A DNA stretch of 37,775 bases from contig RBNJ01000180.1 of the NCBI GenBank assembly GCA_003990765.1, forward strand, positions 1 to 37,775. The letters are read 5' to 3'. The position numbers and the translations under genes were made by a program. This document shows, piece by piece, positions 11,751 through 27,436 of the stretch; positions within the stretch are counted from its first letter, which is position 1; each line of letters begins with the position of its first letter. Source of the DNA: Jimgerdemannia flammicorona (Eukaryota). The notes beneath the pieces were generated by a model. That model was not told where the DNA came from, did not search any database, and was given only the letters and a program-made list of their open reading frames with translations.

Positions 11751-13414
11751 GGAGTGCAAGTGCAGCGGATCAAGGGGTTTGCATTCCGCCACAAGAAAAT
11801 TATATCCAAAAGGTGACATCATCAATCTATTCCCAAATCGTTTTGCTTGATCCTTCTGGCGACTTTCTTTTGCGCGACTGAATCCAAAAGTATAGATGGA
11901 GATCCGACTCGACCCCTCCTCTCTCGCAACCTGCGACAAAACGGAAAACTTGCACAGCCTACCTTGTCGCATAAACCACAATGCAGTTGCAAACATCCCC
12001 GCCTACTTTGTCGTTACCCCCGCAGATGGTACCGTGTATATGTTATATTGTCATGTCTGAAATGTCTGCGGTGTTGAGATCCCGATCGTAATAGCCCTAC
12101 TTGTTACCCATTTGCCCGCAAGTTGGGAAGGGTGCTATGTAAACGGACAGATATCCTAACCCAATACTATCGCTAGCCCAAGACGTTTACGACGCAACGT
12201 TCCGTGGCCGAGCGCTACAGGGCCTAAAGACGCGCCTGCCAGATCAGTACGAAGGTGGGCATTATGCCGCGGAATGTGTTAGTTGTAGCGTCTGATGACA
12301 TTCAAATCGGCCTTGACGTGTTCAAATCCTGCTACGATTCCCTTCTCGTCCCCAATTATTCAAAGGTTATAAGTTCCAAGAGACCGACCCCCCCCCCTCC
12401 CGTTCTGATGACGAAAACAATCCTTCCGACGATGACAAGCACCACGAATCCGACACGCGACAGTGGACCGCCACGCATCGATTTTCATCCATGACCGTGT
12501 GGGCCACCGGTCAAGCTCCGCAGAGGGACGCGAACCCTTATCTAATGGCGATGGAGTGGCTGGAGGTTGCGACTATTGTGAGTGTATTCTTGTCTGTGTT
12601 TCCGTGAGTGGGTACGGTAGAGTTTGAGAAGAGAGAGATGCATGGTAAGTAGGTCTGCAGGGTGTGGTGAGCGTCACATTTGCGCTAAACCGCCGTTTTC
12701 CGTTTCCCACTTGTCCTCTTCCTCCCGTTTTTCAAAAGATCCACGATCCTATTCCGCCATCGCCGTTGTCTTGAAAGCTTTTCCCAAAATAATTCCCTAC
12801 GTCACAAAAATTAAGACACACTAAAATTGATGACCATTGTAGAAGAGACTCGCTTTTCATTAGTACATATGATTCCTTTCTCTTTCGTCAATAGCCACGA
12901 GGTACTGGGATCGATCCTGAAAACCATCTGTTCATGCGCAGACAAAATAAAATAACAATGAGTTATCTTTCCCCAGACGCCCAATAATGAGGCCAAAACC
13001 GCGACTTTGTAGATTCTCTCGGTTGGGTCAAAAGAAGCTGTGTATCTCGCCGAAAGATTGTAGCGAAAACCGAGCGGTTCTTCTATTTTGTGGTGACGTT
13101 GGCCATGGAAAAAGCGTAGAAGACGAACCGACATGTACGTTGCAATGGCTGGGGGAGTAAGCCTTCAATTTACTTTTATACCTACGCAATACACAGGTAT
13201 GGTTCTGTTCCGCCCACCAAGGAACATTAGAAAACTTTGCGAATTCTCACAAGCGAGCCGGTCAACGTACTCTATGCGAAGGTCAAGTAATCTTTGCCAG
13301 GGGCTCAGATTGATAATGAGAGATAATGCGAGTATTTTCATGAGTTCGACAAAACCAACACTAAATTTGGTTTTAGCAGTCAATGTATGTCGCCTGTCTC
13401 AAAATCAAGGGACG

Positions 13415-13430
13415 CACGTGGATCCACGTG
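13415..13430. promoter_or_regulatory. Perfect 16-bp palindrome of two E-boxes (CACGTG-GATC-CACGTG) about 350 bp upstream of PFK
   Basis: Read directly from the sequence; regulatory function is inferred. Confidence 0.5.
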
Positions 13431-13778
13431 GATTTACAGATCAGTGATATTTTTTTATCTATCAATACCATGTCGGTTGAGGCCATGAGACGTGTGGATG
13501 CACAAGGTGTTGAGGTATTCTGCTGATCTACATGGGTGGTGTTTGTACAAAGACAATTTTGTGACAAGGTGGGATGATATGGTTCTGGCGAGTAAGGCCC
13601 TAACGTGTACGATTCGATTGGCGGCAAGGCAAGGGTCCACGCTGCAGGTCGTCATGGTGTGACGGTCAGGATATCAATCCAGAAGGCAGTCACACGCTAT
13701 CTGATTTGGCCCAAAAACCCTACTTATACCCGCACCCTCACCTCCTCCCTCTTCCTTCCCCCTCACAATACACACGCC

Positions 13779-18047
<4,269 letters not shown>

Positions 18048-18790
18048 GATTGTGACGGGTGTTTGATTGTGGACGGCTGCAACTACTTCGGAAAATAAAG
18101 GAATATAATCAAGAGATCTACTAATCTTTGCCTTCCAGTTGAAAGTCTTGAAGTAGTTCCAGGATTATGATTCGTTATATGTTTGTAAGTTTAGAAATGT
18201 GACTCCAAATTGTGCAACGTTGAGGTTGCCCTATCTCCTCGCGTCATATATATTCCACTGTGTTATCATCCTTCCTGTATCTTTTTTTTTTTTTTTTGTT
18301 CGACCAATGAATGGTCGTCTATCAGCGCATTTTCAAAATGAACGGGATTCCATCGTATCTCATCCTATTTGGATGTTGGGATGTTGGGATGCCGAGATAT
18401 GGAAATTGCCCAGCACAACATTCTACTTATCTACCATCAGATGGCGCCTTGCGGGTGAAAGTCGACAGTACTATGCAACACAATTCAAACAGCCACAAAC
18501 AAATCTATTTTACAATAGATATGTGATGACACCGGTTTTGTTTATGGCTATTTGAATTGTGTTGCATAGTGGGAATAATAAAAATTGCTATACCATACTT
18601 GCATTCAGTTAAGCGGTTTTATTACAGCACAGGGTATATCCTAGACTGTCGGCCAGTTTCGACGGTCATCATCTTCGATCCAGACGTCACCTAAAGAGTA
18701 TCCAAGATAGAACACTGCGCGTTAAAGGTAAAAGGAGATTGACATATGACATTGCAATAAAAAAATGCAAAACCAATAATCCCAAAATCC

Positions 18791-19203
18791 TCAATACACA
18801 CCTTCCAAAAAATCCTCGCAGAAGTGGCCTTCTTGCCTCACTAATTTGCCACATGCACATCTATGAATCTCGTCCGACGGCTCTCGGGCGGGCGTGACAT
18901 TGGGCTGGGAGAAGAAGGATCAAGGGAGGGAGATTAGACGGGGAGGGAGCGAGCACCGCACTTAGACAACGAGAACAAAAAGATTTGAACGATGCTCACC
19001 AAAGGTGATGGTGGGATGGCGGAACTCGGTTCCTCCAACAAATATACTGGCTTCACCTCCGGTACGTTGGAACTGCTGGTTCTCGAGATTTTTTACGCTG
19101 CGGCTTGCAAGGTTCCGCAGCACTGGCAGGGAGCGCCCTTACATTTCTTCTTTAATCTTTTACATCGGTCACATGCTGTTCCTGGTTTGGCCCTGTCAGT
19201 CGT
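18791..19203 (-). pseudogene. Disrupted copy of the small Zn2Cys6 gene at 24102-24525
   Basis: Reverse-complement match to the right copy. The ATG position reads ACG, and an 11-nt deletion (cgctgcagaaa) between 19122 and 19123 frameshifts the Zn cluster. Splice sites and the stop codon position are shared with the right copy. Confidence 0.75.
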
Positions 19204-19613
19204 ACTCTTCAATCCACAACATGTTAACCTGGAGTTAGAGTTTGGGGGGGGGGGGGGGACGACCCAGCCTTGCGGGCGCGGCAATATGGATTTTGTGGTG
19301 TTGTTATGTACGTGTGGGGGGGCGCGTCAAGGCTACACGCGCCAGCCTCCACACGCGTCGATGTTGTGACAATAGGAGGAATTCCCTCCTATCGTAACTG
19401 TGATAGCGTCCCCGTGGGGACGACCGTTGATTTGGCCATCCAGATAATGGGGTTCGCCCGATTCTACCGAGTCGGGCGTTCCAACAAGCCTAAGATCATC
19501 TAAACCGGACATCACGTTCGTCCAGCCCGCTCTTCTCCCAGGTTATTACTACAGTTCAGGCTTTGGGAGACTTCTGCTCGCGATAATTTGTTTCAACATC
19601 ACAAAAAACACTC

Positions 19614-19742
19614 CGGTAGAATTATACTTTAAAGCGTGCAATCTGATTAACTGTTTGATCGCCAGTGTATGAGCCAAACACGCAACGCTGTTAACCAATT
19701 GGGCCGAATTATACTCTAAAGCGTAAGAGTATAATTCTATCG
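19614..19742. repeat. Small foldback/MITE-like element
   Basis: GAATTATACT(T/C)TAAAGCGT occurs twice (19619, 19706). Perfect 12-bp hairpin stem GAATTATACTCT-N8-AGAGTATAATTC at 19706-19737. The two ends are imperfect inverted copies. Confidence 0.45.
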
Positions 19743-20568
19743 CTGCCGATGGACTGAATGACTAAGTCCTAAATCCAAAGGAGCAAACGGTTGTCAAGAA
19801 GCCTGCTGAAAGTATGTAGGCTTGGGCGGAGTAATAGATAGCTGGCCGCTCACCCGTCTTTGGACTTACGAGTACTTTTCCCCTTATTTTGCCTTCATTC
19901 AAATATCTACATAGTGGTTCTCAACCGTTCCAGCGAGAGGCGGGGACAATGGCGTTGTGACCTGAACATTACACGTGGCCACTCGGCTGATATGCACATC
20001 CAACCAAAAGGAGCAATTGATGTACGCCACCCCCGCACTGTTGGGATTTCGGTCACAGGCAACTACAATGACAACTCAAGAACTTTCCATCATACCAGCT
20101 GGAGTATGCCCAACACCTGAAAACGTTGGACACGCCGTAGCTGCAGATATCTGAAATGGCAACCTCATGTTTGAAATAGCAGGAGTTTAAGACTGGACTC
20201 CATGTTCTTTACGCCACAAAATTAACCGTAAGGTTTAAGCTGACTCGGGTCAAAATGTCTGGGTGACGTATATAGATGTATATGCATCATCTGTTTCAAA
20301 GAGGTATAACTAGGCACAACCAGATAGACAGCTTACATTATCAAGCGGCATCGCATCGTGAATTTCCAGCAAAGACGTAAAGGGGTAGAGTAATTTAGCC
20401 ATATAGCGAGAGCGTCGTCCCAATGGGTATAGCTTGGTCGTTTGGGACGTATATTCAGCAGTCACGAACGAAACAAGTGATGTAATCTTTGCATGATGGA
20501 CGGGTGGCCAACATCAGCCATTACAATTCTCCTCTACTCCTCACCCACCCACCCACCCACTCAAACCT

Positions 20569-23223
20569 ATGTCTCGCACCTCTATCTATGACCAGCCCCT
20601 ACCCGACATCCTCTTCACCACAAAAGCCGAACCCTCCGCCGCCCTTGACACCACACCCGTCGTCGCTACCTCCACCGCGTTTACAGAACCGGATGAGACG
20701 CGGGAATTTCTCGGAAACATTGCCACATTGCCAGATGGGAGCGAAACCACTCATGGATACGAGACGCAACAGATTGAACAGAGCACTACACCAACCGTAT
20801 CCACGCCCAACCTCAACCCAATTTTCGACCACTCACTGTCCCCACCACCGTCTCCCACGACCTCGAACGCAGACCGTAAATCCACACGGCACGGCCGCTC
20901 TTCGAGCCTAAATCTTGGTAATCACAACGGCCGCCTTATCGACCGCTTTTCCCGTACGGGCAAGCGTCCGGGATCCATATACAGCTCGACAAAGGGAGAG
21001 ATCGCCACCCCGGCTCCACCGCGGCAGGAGGTTGAGACCATGGAGTCACACATGGAAAGGTATGTGAAGGAGGTGCGCGCCACGGGGGGCAAAAGGGTAC
21101 CAGAGCCGACAAAGCAGATGTTCGACTGTATTGATCCAGAGACGGGAAGGGTCAGAACTGACTGGGTCGAGTTTGTGAAGGCGGTGGGTGTCCTTTTTTG
21201 ACAATGATTTTCTATGAAGGTGCAGTCCGTGACGTCCATAATTCCTATAATTTCCAACGCTTAATGCCTCACCCTAAAATTACAGCGCGTTTGCCACTTC
21301 GTTAACACGGCCGCCAGCGACAAGATCGACACTCTCGGCAAGGAGTCCTTCTCGCTCACTAAGCTGCGCTCCAACATGGAACGGTTATTCACCGTCGCCG
21401 AGCCGTTGCAGCAGGCCGCGCAGCGCATCAGAAGGATCTACCGCTGGGAAAACAAGCTCGAGACTGGTTTCTACTTGCTGGTTCGTCATCATTCCCACTT
21501 TCCCACTCCCCGCCAGCACAAATCCGAAATCCGCCTAAATGCTCTTCTGCTCTCCTCAACCCACTTCTACAGCTCTACCTCCTCCTCTGGTATGAAGACC
21601 TTCTCCTTCCGACCCTCCTCCTCGTGCTGATCTTCTCCCTGCTTAACTACCGGATTCGGTGGCTAGAGACGCTGGACCCGCTGCTGCAGGACGCTGCGAC
21701 CGTCGAGTCGAACTTTGCGACCATTGAGGAGAAGCGCCGCGCCCGCAGAAAGGCCGAGGAGCAGCAGCAGATGCAGCGCAAGGGCGTCACTGACTGGTGG
21801 GAGGATGTACGTACCTCGTGGGGGCCGTTCGTGCAGATGAAAACGGGTGATTTTGCAGATTTACTTGAGAAAATCAAGAAGTGAGTTGATCGCCTTTTTC
21901 GCTTTTATTTATGAAGATGCTTTCGAACAGTTCGACATTTAAACATCCCGTTACATCTCATTCCTGCACCAGCCTTGCGACCTGGAAACGCCCGCATAAA
22001 ACACGCCTAGCCCTCCTGGGCTTAATCCTAAGCCTCATCTCCTTCTATGCACTCCCCGAGCGTGTGATCATTCGGGCGGGCCTTCTCCTATTAGGCATGC
22101 AATTCTTTGTCCTCTCGCCTTTACAATCCCATTTCCCACGCTACCGCCGGCTCTTCTCCATCATCGAGTGGATCCTCTGGGACGTGCCCAACGACGCCGA
22201 GTGGGCCATGGAGGTCATGCGCAGGTGTCAGGGCGGTGAGAGGGATTGGGAGTGCACTGATCAGGGCAAGGTTGTCTCGGCGGCTACTACAGACGTTTTG
22301 GCGACTGCGAGCGGGATCGCGCAGGATATTTGTGGGATTAAAACTGCGCAGACGGGGGGCGCGGGTGGCGGTGAGGTGGGCCAGATGGTGCGTAGGATGG
22401 GTCCATTGCTGTTATCGTTTCCTCCATATCGAATTTTCCGTTTTCTTTTGGCAGTTTTTTTTTTTTTTTTACACTCACCGCACCTCCTCACCTCCTCACC
22501 CCTAGCCTTCTCAAATCACCGACACCGACGGCCAACCGATCCCTCTCGCTCCCACGCACGCCGTCGACGCCAACCCAGATGCAACGGACCTCTCTCGCGC
22601 TCCCTCGGCGAACGGTTCGCGATCGTCGGAGTTCTCGTGTGGTGGTTGCGGTCCTGGAGAGCACGTGGACGGTGAGAGTTACGGCTGTTGTGGGTTGGTG
22701 GCGGAAGGCGCGCGTATACGGCCCAGGCTCACACGAACGTCCGTCTGTTTGCACGATCATGCAGCCTACAGATGCACGTATAAGGCCCTCCCCGGGAAGA
22801 TAATCATCACGGCCAATTGCCTCATGTTTAGGGCGCTCAAGGTCGTCGGAGGGTACGAGGTTGATTTGCCGTTGGAGGAGATTGTGGGAGTGAAGAAGGT
22901 GCGGTTGTCTGTTTTTTGTCATTATTTTTTTTGACTGTGCCGCCTAAACCAACCTAGCGCCAACTATATTCTCACTCAGTCTAAAAGCATCAATCTCCTT
23001 TTCTGGCACACTGATGGCCTCGAAATCACAACGGCCGATGGCAGGGTAAGCCCATTCAATCCCACTCATCTCGCGTTTTGTACCATTCCATTGAACCCTT
23101 CCGCGAATCGCTCGTTCACCTTCCCGAAACCTGCAGACGCTTACTTTCGACAACGTCGCCCACCGCGACGAGTGCTTCAACAAACTCATTGCCGTATCGG
23201 GGAAAAAGTGGCAGAAAGTGTAA
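20569..23223 (+). CDS. GRAMD4-like protein (low-complexity N-terminus, membrane region, C-terminal GRAM domain); 7-8 exons
   Basis: FSLTKLRSNMERLF...IRRIYRWEN; ADLLEKIK|SLATWKRPHKTR; C-terminal CTYKALPGKIIITANCLMFR...LPLEEIVGVKK|SKSINLLFW...GLEITT...TFDNVAHRDECFNKL, stop TAA 23221-23223. Confidence 0.75.
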
Positions 23224-23557
23224 GGGGCAGGAAATGTGGACTCGGTTTCGTGTTGAAGGTTATCATGATGGACATTTGCGTGTATTCTGTGCATACGCCA
23301 GTACTAGTTGGTAAAATTCTCAATCTGTAATGCTGTGCCGTTCAAGACAATAAAATTCGGTGCATTGCTCTCTATACATATTGATGGTGCTTACAATGAG
23401 AAAGATATATCAGCTCGATTCGTTCTGTTGTACGACACTCGTGGGCGGCGGCTGGCATGGACCTCGTGGGAATTCCTCCTATCTGTCACTGACGTGATCA
23501 CAACAAAATCGAAATTGGGGAGTACTGTGATACACCATATTCTGGGCTATCTTCGGT

Positions 23558-23805
23558 GAGCCCAAGGTGTGTGGAGGTTGGCGCGTAGCCCAGGGTGTGG
23601 AGGTTGGCGCGTAGCCAGGATGTGGAGGCTGGCGCGTGTAGCCCAGGACATGAAGGTTGACGAGTGGTATAACCCAGGGCGTGGAGGTTGACACGTGGTG
23701 TACCCAGGGCGTAGAGGTTGACGTGTGGTACGTGCGGTGTAGCCCAGGACGTGGGAGGTACGCGGTGTAGTCCAGGGCGTAGAGGTTGACGCGTGATGTA
23801 GCGAG
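23558..23805 (+). repeat. GC-rich minisatellite, about 8-9 degenerate units of 25-31 bp
   Basis: Unit core tagcccagggYgtggaggttgRcgYg repeated in tandem. Confidence 0.85.
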
Positions 23806-24101
23806 GAGTCGAGGAGTCTTTCTTTCCAAGAGTCCAAGAGGCCCGTCTCTGTGTGTGGTACAACTGCGGCTCGTTGCGTGGGGCATGTGATGGCTCGTCA
23901 CGTGGGTATGTGAACGTATAAAATGCGCCGCCTCGATAGCAACCCATTTACCAACACTCTTCCATGTTCATGTCAACATAATATCAGCAACATAACAAAA
24001 TCCATATTACCACGCCCGCAAGGCTGGGTTGCTTCCCCCCCCCAAAACTTCAACTCCAAATTAACAAAAAAAAAATCGTGAACCAAAAAAGATTAAAGAG
24101 T

Positions 24102-24525
24102 ATGATTGACAGGGCCAAACCAGGAACGGCGTGCGACCGATGTAAAAGATTAAAGAAGAGATGTAAAGGCGCTCCCTGTCAGCGCTGCAGAAATGCTGCG
24201 GAACCTTGCAAGCCGCAGCGTAAAAAATCTCGAGAACCAGCAGCCCCGACATACCCAGAAATGAAACCAGTGTATTTGTTGGGGGAACCGAGTCCCAACA
24301 TCCGACCATCACCGTTGGTGAGCATCGTTCAAACTTTTTGCTCTCGTTGCTTAAGTGCGGTATTCGCTCCCCCCCGGTCTAATATCTTTCCCTTGATCTT
24401 TCTTCTCCCAGCCCAATGTCACATCCGCCCGAGAGCCGTCAGACGAGGTTTATAGATGTACATGTGGCAAATTAGTGGGGCAAGAAGGCCACTCCTGCGA
24501 GGATTTTTTGGGCGGTGCGTTTTGA
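24102..24525 (+). CDS. Small two-exon Zn(II)2Cys6 protein, about 109 aa; exons 24102-24317 and 24412-24525
   Basis: ACDRCKRLKKRCKGAPCQRCRNAAEPC. Intron GTGAGC...CTAAT...CCCAG is conserved in the inverted copy. Exon 2 reads PNVTSAREPSDEVYRCTCGKLVGQEGHSCEDFLGGAF*. TATAAA at about 23917 and GTCACGTG at 23897-23904 lie upstream. The start codon is uncertain. Confidence 0.65.
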
Positions 24526-25039
24526 GGATTTTGGGATTATTGATTTTGCATTCTGTTATTGTGATGTCATCAACTCATATAAAAGAATACTACTAATGCC
24601 AATCTCATTTTGCCCTTAATACATAGCATTCTATCCTGGATTCCCTTTAGGTGACGTCTGGAACGTTGAAGCCGACAGTCTAGGATATACCCTGAGTTGA
24701 ATGAAACGTAAACTATAATGATGAACTACTACGCATGTGCTCTTCAGTCATAAATATTGCAATGTAAATACTCTGAAGCATGTGCTGTAACTAGGTTTTC
24801 CCATTATTGGGTTGATTACCGCCCAAAATTATCATTACCCGACACCGCAAAAAAATTCCCAAGCCTGTTTTATTTTTGCACGTTATCATTTACGATTTTG
24901 TCCAAGGCGTACGACATTTATGGCTGACATTGAATATCGTATATATGAACTTTCTTCTTCTGCTTCGCATAAAAGCCATTCAAATGCATGTCTGTCCCTT
25001 TTTTCCAGTCTTACTCATTGAAATTGAGAACGAAACTTA

Positions 25040-26431
25040 TAAATAAAAAACCAGAAAAAAAAAAAAAACTTAAAAATTTATACTGTTGAATAAGTTATCT
25101 TTATTTGTTTACAAGATTGTAAAAGCATGAAAACCTCCCCTCTCTCTCTTCATTATTTTATTTATTTTATATTATTAGTATTTTAATATAATTAAATTAT
25201 GTACTAACTAGATATAGTTTTAAATTTTTTATTTATTTTTTATTTTTATTTATTTATTATTTTTTTTTAAAAAAATAATCTCAGTTTATAATCTTATATA
25301 ACTAAACTTAACTATAAAAATTATAGAACTTTGAATTTTTTTTTTTTTTTTTTTAAAAAAATAATAATAATAACAATAGTAAATAATTTATTAAAAATAA
25401 TATCTAAATAGATTTTTTAATTACTTTATTTTTAATATAATAATTTTATTAAAAAATATTAATAAGTCTACAAAATAATAATAGACTATAAATAGAAATT
25501 AAAATAAGTAAAAAATCTATAAATTTATAAGAATTATAGTATTTTTAAAAAATATATATATAAATAGATAATTATTTTTAGATTTATTTAATAAATTTAA
25601 AATACTTTACTTAGTAACTTTTTTAATAAATATATTATTCTAAATCTAATAATTTTAAACTACTTATAATTTAAATAATAATAATAATAATAATATCTCA
25701 AAATTAAATTATTTATACTCAATTTATTGCTTTTTAAACTTAATAATTTTTTAATAATTTACTTAATAACTTAGTAAATATATTACTTTAAATTTAATAA
25801 TTTTAAACTATATATAGTTTCAAAGATTTTTTATTTTTTTTTAATATTTTTTTTATATTTATTTAGTATATATTTTAAGTATTATTATAAATACTTAATT
25901 AAATTAAAATTGATTAATTATATAGATTAATTTAATAATTGAATTTTCTTTTTTTATTAACTAGTTATAAACTATTTTAAATATATACTTAAAATTATTA
26001 TTTTATTAAAAAATAAATATATTAATTTATTTTTAAAAAAAAAAAATCAATCCTTTTAGTAATTTGTCTTTGAGAATACTTATATAGTGTTTAATATTTA
26101 TCTCTTTATCTATATAATATATAACTAGTACTACTATATATAAAATAATCTATTTCAATTATGTTATTTCTGATAATTACTTTTTACTTTTTTATATCTA
26201 CATATAAATAACTATCTGGTCTAAAATAGTTTATTTTATTTTAATATAATATAAAAAGAGTTTGAGTTTTTTTTGCTTTACTAGTCTTTAAACTAGTTTT
26301 TCTTTAATATTCAATATAATATCTTAAAATTTATAGTAGTTTAGCTATCTATTTTATAACTTTTATAATAATATTTATTTATTAGATATTATCTGCTAAA
26401 CTATTTATAATTTGTCTCAACTTGAAAGTAT

Positions 26432-26515
<84 letters not shown>

Positions 26516-27340
26516 ATAAAGAGATATTATTGTACTTATTTTTCAAATAGTTTATAGTTATAATATTAATACTAATATCTTTTATAATTTAGTATACTAA
26601 TATACTGAATTTTAATATATTGATAATTTAGTTTTAAAGATTAATAGAGATCAGTTTTATATATTTAAAAAATATATATTGAGAGAATTTAGTTGAGTTA
26701 GTTAGAAAGAATAACTATAGATATTTTTAAATAAATAGTTTTATTATTTGAATTTATATTATATAAAAATTATTTAAATAAAGATGAGAGATAAAAGTAT
26801 ATTAATAGTAAAATTTATTTATAAGACTATAGCTTTATATATAATTATCTAAATATAATATAATCAATACTATTTAAAAGTTTTAAACTAGTTTATTATT
26901 AGTTAAAATATAAATTTAATAGTATATATTTAGATTACAAAATATTTATAAAGTTTAAATAATAAAAATATTAATATACTTTTATCTCTCACTCTATTTA
27001 ACTATAATAAAATAGATAAAAAATATTATTAAAAATAGACTTTAATAATTAAATATATATATAATAATAGAAATAGAGAAATATAGATATAGATTTTTCT
27101 GATTTTTAAAATATAAAAATATAAAAATATAAAAATATAAAAAAAAAAATATATGCTTCTTTAAATTTTAAATTATTTTAATATAATATTATATAAATTA
27201 AATAGATTAAGTTATATTAAATATAGTTATTAAATTATTAATATTTAATTTCATTATAAATTTAATAATATAATATTAACTATATTTTAAAATATATTTA
27301 TATTTTCTTCTAACTATAAAATTTATAATTTGATAATTGT
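25040..27340. mobile_element. Extremely AT-rich block, probable hypermutated repeat/transposon relic, containing a 77-nt poly-T (26435-26511)
   Basis: Abrupt compositional boundaries, no ORFs in the track, no CpG seen by eye and very few CC/GG. The element family cannot be identified. Confidence 0.55.
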
Positions 27341-27436
27341 GCGACTTTTCTATTTCCACGCCCTCGTGTGTTCTTCTCTGTAGTGTGTTGTAGTTTTCGG
27401 CTCATTATGTATATTATAAAGGTAAGTAATAGAGAG

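Larger units (their letters stand above)
18630..24694. repeat. Long imperfect inverted repeat, arms about 18630-19305 and 23985-24694, bracketing the GRAM gene
   Basis: Exact 24-bp match cagggtatatcctagactgtcggc (18630-18653) to the reverse complement of 24671-24694, with alignable similarity over about 700 bp. In addition 19331-19352 matches the reverse complement of 23622-23643. Confidence 0.9.

Noticed and set aside
23558..23805. Repeat array as a CRISPR-like locus
   Set aside because: Units are contiguous and degenerate with no unique spacers, the context is eukaryotic, and there are no cas genes.
18630..24694. Calling the inverted-repeat unit a bona fide hAT/MULE transposon
   Set aside because: No TSD (ttacagca versus agttgaat), no transposase inside, and similarity fades rather than ending sharply.
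26435..26511. T77 as the poly-A tail of a LINE
   Set aside because: No recognisable reverse-transcriptase remnant or TSD; homopolymers are frequent here and their lengths are unreliable.
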